Shown in pieces: positions 1 to 14,900 of a stretch of DNA of 64,000 nt. The stretch spans positions 20,535,237-20,599,236 of the forward strand of contig NC_092672.1 of the NCBI RefSeq assembly GCF_964355755.1. The letters run 5' to 3'. The translations under genes and the position numbers were made by a program. Numbering within the stretch: position 1 is the first letter of the stretch; every line of letters starts with the position of its first letter. The notes below the pieces were generated by a model. That model was not told the origin of the DNA. It worked only from the letters and a program-made list of their open reading frames with translations, and did no database searches. Source of the stretch: Antedon mediterranea (lineage: Eukaryota > Animalia > Echinodermata).

Positions 1-960
1 CACATGATTTATATATTTATACTTTTATTGTACATGAATGTTATTAAAGTGAAATGAGGTTGGTTATATTTTTTTAACATATGTACAAAATTGAACTATG
101 GTGAAATACATGCAGTACATGAATGTTATTATAAAAAATGTTACACCGTACCAGTAACTTCCATAATGAATGAAGGAATGTTGAATACTTTGATTTGGGT
201 GAGGGTGGGGCTACTGATATTTTTTACCTACCGGTAATAGTTTACTTAATATTATTTTATTTTTATTTTTTAATTTTAATTTATATATCAACTGACAGAT
301 ATGAAAACCTCCACTAAAAGGTTGATAAACATGAAACAGTAACATCTTTATCTCATTGTAACATTAAACAACGGAAGCAGGTTAATAATACTGCAGTGTA
401 ATTCTTTAATATAATAAACAGTATGAATATTATTATTATAAAGTGTTGTACATTAAACAAGCATTGCGGATTGTTTGTATATTAGAAATATGCACAAAAT
501 TAAATTATGACAAAGTGCCGGTGTAACTTGGTAACAACAGTTTCTACTAGGCCGACATTACAATTCCTTAATCTAATAAAACAGTGCATGAATCTTATAA
601 TGAATTGATGCACATTGCACAGGAGGTGGAGGATGGGTAGGGTTAAATGAAATAAGCACAATGGTGGTAATTACCTGACTGAATGTTGAATACTGATTGT
701 TGAATGTGTCTCTCCTGGCGGAGGGAAACAACAATTTACAAAAGAATGCCATAACATGTGGAGTAGCGTGATTGTTGTTCACCTAGTTGTGTGTGTATGT
801 TATTATAAAATTTATTTTATCAAAATATTAAAACCACTTTAAAAATGAAATAAAAAATGTTTACATGGAACTACATGTAATACACAAAACAGTGATATTT
901 ATAGGGCGTCATCCTTTCACCCACTAACAAGTTTTACAATAACAAACCTTTTTTCTCATA

Positions 961-980
961 CTCTCTCTCTCTCTCTCTCT
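961..980. repeat. (CT)10 microsatellite
   Basis: Direct reading. Confidence 0.95.
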
Positions 981-1952
981 GGAAATGTGACTTATCTCCA
1001 ACTTCCATACGGAAAGTCTTACGATTACAAAATTTGATGACCGGATGGGCACGGACTGATAATTTTAAAAATGAAAATTTGTTTTAAGATTAAAATTTAC
1101 ATTTCCATCTGATAATTAAGATACTGTCAGGTTAAAACATTGAAGTATAGATAAGTAAACAAAGATTTTGGTTAAGTTTAATTTAGTAGTCAAACCATTA
1201 TTTATCCAACAAGAGTTGGCGGACAAACAAACGTAACTCGAATCCTAGATTTCCAACTTTCAAAACATAACAAATATTCTAGTGGTTAAACTGTTGTTAT
1301 GTTTGGTAATGTATTACATTATTGAATGCTATATTAGTGGTTAATTGTTGTTATAAATGTGTCATTTTAACAGAACAAATACTAAGAGATACATTATAGC
1401 ATTTATGTTATAAGACTTCAGTTAATAGTCCTATTTTGATATTTATGTCTTTTTTGCTTTCATTAATTCTAAAAGCAAGTAATATAATTTAAAATACAAA
1501 TTGCAGAGTTGTAAAATAAATGTTTCAAACATGCAGTTGCGAATAAAAAAAAAGGCAAATTACTAAAAATAATGACAATGCTGTGGGTGGCTGGATCTCA
1601 ATGGAAATAAAGTAAGCAAAAAGCTAAATCAAAACGATAAAGTAAAAGTTAAAACAGCCAGACATTTTAATATAGATATCTTCTCTATTGTTTGTGTGTA
1701 AATGGACATTTATTTATGTTTTGTTAATATTTTTTAATTATATGTCAGTCACATATTTTCCATCCTCGTTTTTGGTGTAGGACATTAAAACTGCATTCAT
1801 TGTCATGTTTTCTGAGCTTTCAAAGCCTGTTCTTTAATATCAGTTCAAACTGGAGAACAACAACCTGGTTGAATATTCTAGCACTCTAATATTGTTCAAT
1901 GTTTTTAATGTCTTGATTTGTGGTGAAAGGAATGTTTGATAATTGGTCTTAA

Positions 1953-3699
1953 CAGTGGCAGATCCAGAGGGAGAAAGTAAAGTACTTTCAATTCATTAAT
2001 TAAAACACATTGTTTCAGCGCCGTGCTAATTTAGTCTTTATTAGAGGTTGCCATTGCTGTTGCTGTCGTCACACAAAATTATTGTTATGGGTGTTTTGCT
2101 AAGTGGTATGACACATGTTCTTTTCCTGTCTAGCTAGATAATTCTGAAGAATATTATCAGCCTAGACAAAGAGCGCACTGAAGAAATATTTGAATACTCA
2201 TTTAACCAAGCGATTCCTATACTGTAATTTGAAAACAGTCCTGATAGTCTCTCCAAAACATTGGAGAATTTGTGTGTTTGAAAACTACTGAAAAGATGTT
2301 CAATTGCATTTTTTGATGACTATAAACCCTGCAACCAGTGCATCAGCAGAGCGAGAAAATTTAGCTCTAGAGACTGTAACAAATTATCTTTGAGGTACCA
2401 TAATGGAAGATCGACTAAATGCATTGTTATTGATGTTTGTTCATCAGGACATTAAACTTAATTACGATGTCATTTAAGTATGTGAATATGTATCCCCGCT
2501 GGATGAAGTATGTAGGCCTATTTTTATTTATTAAATTTACAGCATTGTTATTACATGTTATTGTTAAGATAATAAAATTAATAAGCAGTATAGAGATTCA
2601 GCCACTGATTACCACAGCATTGTCATTTTTTATTGAAGTCGCGTCATTTTTTAAAGGTAGTTAATAGGCAGCTTTCGAAACACACAACGCGGTGATTATC
2701 GAGATGCGAAAGACTGTGAAATCCTACTGCGTATGCGAGAGCAAAGCCAGTTTGTTCGGCCTGCTCATCACGAGACGAGATTTGGCTGATTTGGAAGACA
2801 CGACTTGTACTACTGATTGTATTTTATTTAGAAAGATATTTAAGAACTGTTGTGTGATGACAATGTGTTATTAAATTTCCTACCAAGGAACAGATATTTG
2901 GAACAATTTAACAGACTATATAAAACAATCCCCCACTTTAAGTTTGTTTAAACAGAGATTAAAGCAATATTATAACAATACAAATATTTAAGTTAAGTAA
3001 ATCACATTATGTTATTTTGGTCTGTTCTTTTTGTTTGTTCTAATTGTTTGATCTTTTTGTTAGGGTTACATGCTTAAAGCACTTGTGCTTATTTTGTATC
3101 CCATTCCATTATCTTATTATTTGTATTGTATTTGTATATGTATTTATTTTGATTATGGAATAAAAATGTCGATGAATTGAATTGAATTAAAATTAGACCC
3201 TAGTAGTAGGGAAATGCGATCATCATCATGAATCATGGTGATGGCAGGTGCTTTGGTATTAGCGATCCTGTGACAATGACCTGATCGCGTTTTCATAAAA
3301 TTGAAACAGTTTATAATTCGTGATGCGAAAGGCATGCAACGGTATCCATGGTTGACTGACTTCCGCGTCTCGGGTTGCCACTTCGAAAGCTCACTATTGC
3401 CATACCGGAAGTACCTTTATCAGGGAATTCCCCCAGATGGTCACATTGAACGTGTGTTTACAAGCGGAAAAAGTAGACTACGATCTTTTTACCAATTGTT
3501 AACACGCTATGGGAGTGTCATTTCCGGCCAACTATAGGTGCCATTTATCATAAATTTTACGTGCGAGAATACAATTTCCAACCGTCTGGGGGTGTCATTT
3601 AACAAAATTTGCTGCACCACAGGTCCCACCTGTGCCTCATGTACTTGATGACTGGTTGCGTCCCCTCTCCCCTTTACTAGAAGGCTGGATCCGCCCTTG
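1953..3699 (+). mobile_element. Degraded hAT DNA transposon
   Basis: About 2313-2470 translates to PATSASAERENLALETVTNYL*GTIMEDRLNALLLMFVHQDI (hAT C-terminal dimerisation motif). TIR-like ends cagtggcagatccag / ctggatccgcccttg; no TSD recognised. Confidence 0.75.
2870..3192 (+). mobile_element. LINE (L2/CR1-group) 3' fragment nested in the hAT remnant
   Basis: ISYQGTDIWNNLTDYIK...LFKQRLKQY RT C-terminal pattern, AATAAA and (attga)n tail. Confidence 0.65.
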
Positions 3700-5589
3700 T
3701 TAATGATGAGCAACAATGCCTGTTTTCTGTGTGGTGTAATTAAAAAGAAGTAAATATGATTGCAACTTCATTCTCCTTGTACCTCCTTTTACACCCCTTG
3801 AAAATAAATTACATAAATGAATAATTAAATATCAAAATGAATAATTATAAACATAATGTAAGTCCATCATGTACTTCATATTTCATATCATAAAACGCTA
3901 CCACAGGCACTAATAATAGAATTAGAAGCCAGGCATATACAGTAGGCACATTGGTGGGCTAGTTTGTCCTGTCAAATCTGGACCGAATCGTCCTGAATTC
4001 AACTAGTTATAGTAGCCTAGGCAGTAAGTAACTTAATGTTAAACCTAACCTCCAGTGTTAATTACATGCATTAGGTGTTTCAAGCTTATTTTTGGCAAGA
4101 TCGGCGTACATGAGTTAGAAACATGAAGAAACCATACTTACCACCGATTAGAAGTTTGAAATGTGCGCTGAGCACATGCTATCTCTCAATATTTGCTAGC
4201 GATGACTTCTTAAGTGATTTGATTGTGACGCAAGATTTATCGAATGCAGCATTTGACAATTTGCAAATAAATTGGTCTAAAAACACATTTTTCGTAAAAA
4301 TGTGCCGTTCTAACATCGATTAATAAATAAAAGGAACTAAAAGGTGTCCCAGCTCTAACGGCGCTAGCGGTTTTATTATATTAGGAGAAGATAGAGTAAA
4401 TAGGCTTAATTGGTTATTGATTAGGCCAAATAAAACCTCCTTTTTAAAAAACTTTTTTTTGTAAAGTTGCCCAAGAAACACCACTGAGAAGATCATTTTT
4501 AACTTTTATAACTTAATTGCTAAATTGTGTGTGCGGCCAAATATTATTTGAAAGGTATTAAATTTCTAGACTGGTATTCTGTTTGGATATCATGCATGAA
4601 TCTACCCCTACAGCATCGCAAAGAAGAATAATAATAGTTCTGAAGACTTTTTTTGTAATTATGATTTTATATCATTAAGTATGTCACGGCAACATTGCCA
4701 GTGGGTTTGGTGTGTTGTGGATGGTGGACTCAAGACAAGAATAATATACATATAAAACACTATAATATTATATGTCCAGATTATCTACAGGTGAATTATC
4801 TTCATGAGTCCATTTCCAATTTTACGTCGAAATACAGTACTCTTTGTTCATGTCACTCCCATATTTCCACTCCATCTTATCCATAATTTCTTCTGTGATT
4901 TCTCTGATGTTTTCTAAGCTTAATCTAATTAATTTGGCACTTCTCTATTCTCAAGTGGCACTGTAACACAGACAAATATTACCGTAGTATACAGTTCATT
5001 TACGGTACCCTATAACATTCATTAGACCAACAATCTATTTTATAAATATAACTATTTACTTACAATGCAGCCTCGTACGCAAATCCCAATTTCATTGTCG
5101 TATGGTGACAATGCTCACTCGCTCCCCGTTGTCTACAAAAAGACTGTATGCGCTACTCCGCAGTCTACACAAAACATCGTTATTCAAATAAGTTGCTCAT
5201 TACCATAATTATAGTGATCACCTGTTGGATTATTATTATTTTGTGACAAAGTAGTCAAATTTTGAAAAGCATATTTCACAGTTTAAACTTTTTAATCAAA
5301 AATACTATGTAGAAATGTTGTCATCAGTGACTTAACTATCAATACTGTGCAACTCCTTTTCATAACTTTCTCAGTTGGGTTCACTTCCAGGATTCAACAT
5401 TTTTTTAAATTACTACTTTTCTGAAATATGGTGAGGGACCTAAATGATGTATCTCTACAAAACATTAAAGACCCCCACCCTGCATTGAGTAACTCTTTTA
5501 GAACAATTCTGTCCTTAACATTTTATAGTATGCAAATACAGGTTCCTGGCAAAGCAGCATAAAAGTGGACGTAGTTGTGCAAACATTAA

Positions 5590-6060
5590 GGAGGTTTCGC
5601 AACACGGTTATGTCACACAAAATTATTCGTTTTCATAAGCCAGTACAAATCTGTTTCGCATGGCAACAAAATTTTGAGGGCGCCACCCAAAATATGACTG
5701 CTGTAAATTTGAATGAAATGCAGGTACATGTTTCAATGGTTGCCTATAGGCCTAGTGTAGCGAGAGAGGACTTTAAAAACTGCTATTTATCAAAATTGAC
5801 TTGGCATTTTTACTAAATTACTTTCAATAAATTATCTATAATTATATTATAATCATGAATCATTTTTTATTCAATGCAAAGCGTGCAAAATAGATAAAAA
5901 ACTATGACTGATGATTTTAAGCTATACTCGTTTTTTAGTTACGAATATGACTGGTGATATTCGTCAACACAAATACGCTTTACGAATATCAGCTCAAAAG
6001 TTTAACAAATGTATGACCTATCCGTTTTCGTTATCGTATTCGTAAGGTTGCGAAACCTCC
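5590..6060. mobile_element. MITE with 14-bp terminal inverted repeats
   Basis: ggaggtttcgcaac ... gttgcgaaacctcc. Confidence 0.7.
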
Positions 6061-8879
6061 ATATTATTGGTGCCATCATATATCAACATCTTTATAGGCT
6101 ATGTAGAATCTGTAGCAAAACTAGCATTGATATGGCTTTTAATCCAATACTATAAAATGAAAATAGAGAATATTTAATATTCTTAATGAATCACAGGATC
6201 AAGTGTAAAATTGTATTCAGAGATTTATGGAAAATTATGGTTTCAATTAATGTTTACCCAATTTGTAATAATAACGCTATTAAACAAAATAGGGTGAAGT
6301 TTGAACAACTTAGTGTATAAGTCCTTTTTATACTGTATTCTAATTGATACTATTGTACCACGTCACAATGTTAGCAAACTCCCTGCTTTGTAGCCATACT
6401 ACAGTTTTTTCATGAACATTTTCTGATTTTTGTAATACCAATATAAACATGGTCAATTTATTTCATCTAATAGAGATCAATGAAAAAATTAAAATAGAGA
6501 TCTAAAACAACAGATGATCACATTTGTTGATTTTAAATTGTCTGCTTTACGGAATATTAAACTGTCTACTGACTGCATATTTAAACATTGATGATTGTTA
6601 GAATTCAAATTATTTTGCACTGAGATCTTTATACTTTACAGTGGAAACAGGATGCTAATTTGTCAACTTATATTATCTCTAAAATACTTTGATAACAAAT
6701 AGTATATCAACACTGAAATATTATAAAGAGGGAAGCTTGAATCATTCCAAAATAGGGATAGGCTGCTGTGTAGTGTTCATATGACATGTTCAGTTTTGAA
6801 ATTCACTAGTAAATAATAAAACCTTACTTTCTGTCTATAATAGCATTACTCGTAATCATCATTAGCAAGTAAGGAGAAAAGAGGGACTTACACCTTCATT
6901 TTAAAATTAGTTTGTCATATACTGTATCTATATATATACAGTAGGCCTACAGCCATGAAAAATAGGAATACCAATACCCAAAAATACAAAAAGATGGGAT
7001 TTGTAATTTAATGAATAGAGCACGCAAACAGACAGAAAACATTTTTGTTTTTGGTTATGCATTTTGTTTAATACAATTCAATACCCACATTCTGGATTTC
7101 TGTAGTACATTTATCTTTTCAGTTCATATTTTATGCATACAAAATTGAGAACCACCAATTCATCACCATTTCCACTTACATTAAAGCAATAATTAGTATT
7201 ATAGTATTTTGTTATGATGAACTATTGTAATTTTATTTAAAGCAATTTCAGATAAAAGCTATGCATAGAAATCTTTTGAATTGCAATAAATAAACACATG
7301 ACCTTTTTCTATGACAATTAAAAAAAGCATTATAGTGAACAAAAACTATGATTGTATTGTTTTTCTTGAAAAATCAGTAGATCAGAAATATTAAAAAAAA
7401 CAATGATTAAAATGAAGTTGCAACAATTTGAATATCATTTATTAGTAGGAATGTACAAAAGCCCTAAACTCATACTTACAGTGAGAGCTCACACATTTCA
7501 TTTTACATACACATGCACTTGAAAATGAAACTGTTTTCACATATTATCATTTATCATTTATATGGGACTGTTTTGTACTACAATTCTTTATGCTGTTATC
7601 AAAATGACTTTATACTATACTGCAATATTTACATTGATATTCTGTTCTGGTAAAGTAGACCCTTCATAGAGGCTTACACTATGTATATCAAGGTCTACTC
7701 GCCCTAATTTGGCCAACATTTTCGGCAGTTAGAAATGTATTGGCCACGAAATATTAATTACATTACTCAAAATTTGCGACACCTTAATTCTGTAGTATTT
7801 GTCCATAGTATTTCAAGAACGAATTCTGCTCATTATAATATTTTTAATTCATTTCCACGTCTGTTCATAACTTGCCTCCAAATGTTAAAGATAGTCTAGT
7901 TTTTTTCCTTTCTTCATTTATATATTCACTTAAGAAAAACTTGCCTCAAATACCTGTCTGAACTTAATGAAATGTGAAATGTTATTTTAAACTGTTTTTC
8001 TGTATTTAAGTTTATTTAATTTTTACACTTTAGTGGGTCAGATAGTCACTTGATAGTGTTTTGTTTCACTTTTTGACGATCCCGTCTACCCCCTAAAGTG
8101 CTCTGTACCTTGTGATTTTTATTATTTATAAAAGACGAAATAAATTAAATGCATAGATTATAAATAATTACAATATTGTTTATCATGTGGATGGACGATT
8201 GTGTTTATAACCCTTTGATTAACCCCACACCTCATAGGATACATACAGTACAAAACAGTTACGGCCTAGACTCTGCTTCTACAGATCATTTATTCAGACT
8301 ATTCAGGCCACTGGTTCCTTCTAAGCATGCACAATACAATTGTGTCATCATCTCCAATGAATCCTTTGCTTACAAGTAATCAAAGTGGTGGTGAAGCAGG
8401 TTGATTTGACAGGTTTCCATGTTATTTCATTGCCCCTTGTTTAGTCTCAGTAATATTTATTATAGTACATTAACACAACTTCTGTAACACAAGGCAAACT
8501 AGTGCTGGTCTATTGATACTAACACTAAGGAATCTTCTGACAGACCTAGAGCTATAGTTTATATCCATTGTTAATCTAATTTGTTTTAATTCTGAATTGT
8601 TTGACTTGGCATAACCATCTGGTATGCAAATAACCATCTTGTATACAAACACAATAATCAAAGGCAGTGTCCTCATTATCACATTACCTGTACAAATTGT
8701 TGTACTTTATTATTAGGAATTTAAAAGAGAAATAAATGTTACCTTTGATTTTTAAATTACAGTATAAAAAAGTTTACTAAAAAGAGAGTATGACTCTGAG
8801 AATAAGAACATGATGTTTGGTATGATAATTATCTATATTATATGAAATATAATAACCTCTATGTGCTTAATATTTTCAG

Positions 8880-8978
8880 TTTTTAAGAACACCGTTGTCT
8901 TATGCTGCCCAAGCTGGTCACAGCAGCACATGTATGTGCCTGATCAATGCAGGATCAGACGTGAATATTGCAAACAAG
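8880..8978 (+). CDS. Ankyrin-repeat exon A (FLRTPLSYAAQAGHSSTCMCLINAGSDVNIANK)
   Basis: ttttcag| 99 nt |gtaagt, phase 0-0, 33 aa matching the ankyrin consensus TPLxxAA..GH...L..G.DVN. Linkage to the downstream exons is inferred. Confidence 0.88.
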
Positions 8979-11900
8979 GTAAGTCATGCACAATTGTATT
9001 TAAGTGTCTCAAGTAATTGTATATAACTTTTTTTTCCAATTTAAAAAGTCTAGATTAATTTTTTCATAAAATCTATAAATTGGAGTAATAAAGATTTTGT
9101 CTGATTTAAATAGTTGTAATTATAGATACAAAATCTTCACTCATCTTAAACCTTACATTATATTAATGATTTACATTAATACATACAACAAATACAATAC
9201 ATTAGTTTACAATTTTTAATGACAGGTTTGCCAAATATAATTGTGGCACATTTCAACAAATTACAGCATATAATTACTGTAGATAAAACCTGTTTAAATT
9301 GCATTTGCTCATAAGAGCATTATCATTCTACGGAATGTGCCTTGAAGGCTTTGGTCTTTGCTCCATCGTCCTACTGTACCCCATCGCTTGTAGTATAATA
9401 TCCCACTACCCGGTCTGTGTTAAATATAAAGGCATCCGTGTCTAATTCATATTATATTTACCTGTTTCAAATGAAAAAATGGATAGCTAGATTGTTTTAA
9501 ATTTAAAGAAAAGAGAATAGATTTAGAGAATAATTTGCAAGCATATAATTATATTTGAACATAATGAACAACTACCTAAAAGGTAGTCTTCTTTATTGTA
9601 CCTTTTTAATATCCTAGATGTGGGTAAAGTACTTTAGAAGAATCCTTTATCACTTCTCATCTGTTGTGCTGGCATACATATCTTATTTGTTTTATTCTTT
9701 GTCTTCATTTATATATTATCTTTCATTTATATGTAATTGTGAAACATTCTAAGCATGCCATTATTTGAAAATATTTTCTTATCTTATTTTATGCAATGTT
9801 ATTATATTCTTCAATTTTCAACAACAGCTAGCTATTTAAAAAGAAAGAAAGTTGATTGAATATAATTGTATGTAAATTTTTCAGAAAATTCAGTTGATGA
9901 TCACTGTTTAAAAAAAAAATATACAATAAGAAATATTTAATGCAGTATTTAAAATGAATTAATGAAAACAATTATGCATTTCTTCAATGGCCGCAAATGG
10001 TAACTGGCTGCAGGCCTTTTAATTTATTTTAAAGTCAGGTTTTTCAAAATTTACCCAACTTTGTCAATAAAATGATCCAATATTGGGAAATTTTAGCTAT
10101 TAATTATGTGAAAATTATTAAATTTGAGACCTCTAATCAGTCTCATACTTAGTAACTTTATTAAAACTAAAGACAAGGGTTGACATGATGATTTGTTTGT
10201 TGCTAGAGGATAACGGTATATTACTATCAGCAAGTTAAAAAAAAAAAAATGTTCCTCAAATTTTCTAGACTATAAAACATGTCCTACTATAACAATTTGT
10301 CATGATCCATTTTAAATTTGAGTGCTAAATAAAACTTGTCTGCTAAATCTAAAACTTAGTTTTCTTCATCTTTCTGATTTGACAGTAAAACAAATGTAAT
10401 GTCATTGCAAACCCTTGTTTATATCACCATGGTTAAGGACAGTTTTAAAGAAAACTGAATAGGCCAAATTTGTTTTGTTACGTTCCATGTCCAGGATTTG
10501 AAATTTTTTTTTTTTATTTGAGAAATTACAGTTCAGTTGTGTTTACATACCTTAGAGTGCGTAATAAATGCTTTATTTTTTTTTATTACCATTAAAATAC
10601 ACAATGTCTAATAGATTAAAAAGCCATCCATCTCAAAATTTGATTATAAAGGAAATGTGAAACTAATTATTACATTTTGTTTTTATTTATTTTATCTTTC
10701 ATATGTTATTATTCTATGATTTATATATACTACAGCTTGTGTATCTGTCAGTGTTCTTTCTTCTTTTTTTAATTAAAAAATGCCCTTTTGCAGCAATGTC
10801 AAATGATCAAAGCTAAACATAATTGTCAAAAATAATAATTATTCTTAATTACAAACTTTCTTATTTACAAATGGGGGTCATCACTAAGTTTGTTTACACT
10901 TGATATACTTACTTTCTGCAATGTAAATTATAATATTTAAAGTACTATGTTATTTCAAAATTACATGGAACAATAAAGTTATTGATTAATCATTAATACT
11001 CCTCACACTTTTTAAAAATTTTATTAATCAAATACTGTACTTTAATAATATTGATAATTGTGCCAAATTGTTAAGTTAAATTGAGATTTGCTATTCTCTT
11101 AAAAACAAAAAACCAAAATATTCTTAGGCTAAATCTTACATAATTTATTTTAAATTGTATTTTTAAGTGTATATGGTCATTATTACAGTTATGATCATAC
11201 TTCAGTTGAAAATAATTTCCATTAAACAATTCTACAAGAGAAGGAGCACAATACATGCAATGGCTTTCTTTAACTTACCAGTATTTTCAGTAAATTCATT
11301 GCAATTATATCCTGCATTAACATCATTGCAATTATTATACTACTGTATAATTTGTATTCAAGCAAATTATGTAGTTAGACAGGAGTAATAATGTCAGCTG
11401 CATTACATCAAATCAAGACATATTAATACAATCACACTGCTAGAAACAATGGTCAATCCAATTAATTGTGGTCCCAATATGTCCCTCATAAAAAATGGAA
11501 AAATAATAATAATAATGGATAAATAAATCACAAATAACTTTAAAATCATAGCACATGGGCGGATGTGTGAATTTCTTGAAAATCGAAAGTCCATTTCAGG
11601 TCCATTTAAAAAAAAAAAAAGAATTGATCAATAAATGTGTAATAATATGCCAAAATAGTATGAATAATTTTATTCTGAAATAATTATGAACAACACTTGT
11701 TATTTGTATAAAATAAAATTCTCAAAATCATCTACTAAAACTTTTAATCAACTGTTTGTATTAGCAAATGTACTTCACGTTTGTGCAGGCATGATCTTAT
11801 ATACACATAAAACACAATATTTTTGATATGAGTAAAAGATTTCATCATTCAATGCTAAAATGAGAACTTGAATTGAACTTGAACACAGTTTTTAAATGTT

Positions 11901-14900
11901 TGTTATTTTATTTCATTTCATTTATTCATTCGACCAATAAACAGATACAGAACAGAACAAAGCACATGGTCAGGGGCAAATAAAGCAAAACAATTACTAT
12001 AACCGCCCTGGCTTTTAAACACGATGTAGCTCTCGTTCTGCGAAGCCTAGCAACTAACGAAAAACAGTGACGTAAAGCTTGAAAATCCCCTTATAGAATA
12101 TGACATCATCTTTTGTGCCTTCTTTGCATAAGCAATGTTTAGGTAGTAATACGCAGGGTGGTTTTGGGCGCTTTAGGTGCTAAAGGGGTAAAGAGCAATA
12201 GACATACTGTAAATTAAAACAACAAAATACTAAAAATATTGCACCAAGTAAAACATTTGTACAAGCTTATTAAAAAGTCTCTTGATGTTCAAAATTAGTA
12301 TAAGGGACCTATACATAAATATACAAAATTAAATAATTAAAAGATTAATTATCGGTTTTTGAAAATTTAACTACTGTAATATAATAGAAGTCGCCTTAAC
12401 ATAGTAGCACAAATTAAATTGTAAATTTTGATTAAAATCTTTATTAACTCAAGATCCTGTATATTTAAAGCATAACGGAACAAAATTTCCTTTTTTTAAA
12501 AAGAGCAATAGACATAAATTGGCATTTCTCAACATTGAGACAATTAAGAATTGAGAATAGAGTTGTAGCTTGATGATTAAGACGGTCGGAGAGCAATCTA
12601 AGGGTCCTGTGTTACATGTTTTTAAGAATAAAAACTTATTTCATTGTATCCTATAACTTTTTTAAACATTGATGCTTTCAAGTAAATTTAAAACAATTAA
12701 TGGATATTATAATTGAAGACTATCTAAGTTGTAATCCAGCAGATGCGGACATTCAAGCAACCCTTGTGAATCACAAACGTTAAAGAGTGAAAAAGTTCAT
12801 TAAATGATGAAGCCTTGTCATAAACAGTAGAATTGAAGCAATTTTATGATACATTACAGAAGGATAATCACTAGATTTATTTTTACATTTCATCTGACTC
12901 CAAAATCTTATTTGTACAGTAGCCTTGTATGTTTAGCTAAAGAATATATTTACACTGACAGTACAGTATCTCAAGCAAACTTTAAATTATTTTTGTCATT
13001 TCTTAAAATATAAAACAAAACAGAATAGCACAAAACAGGCCAATGTCAAAATTATTATTATATTAAGTTAATTTATACTAGAGTGTACACGAGCAAAGCA
13101 CGCCTACCTTATAAAATGAATAATGAATTATATATTAAGATTTAATGACAATTTTTGACAAAATGGGTTTTATAACCTAAAATTAGAGCAAATATACCAA
13201 AACATGAGTCCATATTATTAACATGATAATATTATGAACACTTTCATATTTTTTGGTGGTTGTTGTGCTTTTTTGAAATTTTGAAAATGTCTAATTAACC
13301 AATGAAAAGCAAATCATCTATATATAAATTATGGTTAATTCTGACATAGGCGAGCACAATGCAAAAACTTCTCTACAAATCTCCGCCTTGGATACCTACC
13401 TTATCTATCCGAGATGTATCGCGAAACGTAGATTTGATAACATTAGTGTGCACGCCGACGCTATTGTTCCATATTTATATCTTAGGAAGATGTTATAAAG
13501 AGTTTTTTAACAACATTTATGATTTCAACATTGGATTTTCCTCTCAATTTCAATTCTTCCCGGTCAAAGTAATTTCCGGGTTTAAGATAAGTTCAACTTA
13601 GTTTCAAATATTTTCTCTCTTTTATACACAAGGGAGCAGTTAAAATAATAGATTTGACCTTAAAGGTGACTGGAAACAGGCACTTTCCATCAATCAATAC
13701 AGTGTCCCTTTGGAAGACGAAAAAAAAAATTGGCCATTAATCATAGCCATTTCAGTTTTTTGTTTATTTTAAAACATACCACACGTGTGTGAAGGTACAG
13801 TAGTTAAATAATAGGAATTATACTGCAAATTAATAAAGATCAAATTAAATATACGCCATAAAGAATCAGAATATATTGTGGGGAATAGTATTATAAAATT
13901 ACATAGGGAGATTTGATAAGACATTTTTCGAGTGAAATCCCGATAGCTGAGTTTTATTGAGTAAGCTTGCAGGAATAACTGTAGGCTATCTTCCTGTGTC
14001 CCGTTAGGACCGAGATGTCTGCCCATGTTGCAAGCCGTAATGTCTTCTTTCTTGGGCCCACTCTGTCACGGCAGTTAGTTTCAAAAGATGATTAAATTAA
14101 ATAATGTATTAATAATTATTAGGATGGTATTCATTTGAATAAACGCCTCTCCAATAAAACATCACTTTGAATAATAACCCCCCCCCCCCCCACAACCCAA
14201 CTATCTAATAAACGTCCATCCACATATTTATAATAACACAATTATACTATTTGTAGTAGAATTCACCGCACTGTTATCTGCAATTTACCAAGCATTTGTT
14301 ATTCTTTTTTACCACTTTTCATATCTATGAGAGGATTTCATTTTATTATTAATGTTACCATATTATTAGAACTAAAAAATTTAACATATATCCCTCGAAT
14401 AAGCACCTCCCTCAAATGACCTCCGCCTCCCCAAAGGGCCCTACCAAACAATAAAAACTATACTTTAAAATGTTATTAATCATCTAAAACACTGTGAAAC
14501 AAAGTAGTTTAGTTTTACGAATGTCAAGCATTTTCAATAATGGTAACCGACAGAAAATGTATAAGGAGAACATTATCATTCCGAGAACCATCGTCTACAC
14601 TTCCTAGAGGGGGAGCGAGCGAAGCGAGCTCACCCTCTAGTAGGTAAAATTACTTGAGTTGCATCTAAAGCATGTACAGTACCTGTGTTGAATCTTAGTT
14701 AGAACTATTGTTATAATCTTAAGTCTTTGCTTTAGGAATCATATTCAAGCCTTTTAGATAATACTATTTAGTTCTACTAGCCTTACTGGCCTTGATATAT
14801 TACATTTTAATATATCTTCTTTCTTGTTTGTTTGTGTATAAATAGACCTTTATTATGTTTTTAATTATATGTTCATTGTCATTGTCAGTCACATATTTTT

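Noticed and set aside
1-8879. Start codon, promoter or further ankyrin exons of the ROCO gene
   Set aside because: No convincing exon or promoter found by eye; the 5' end probably lies outside the window or was missed.
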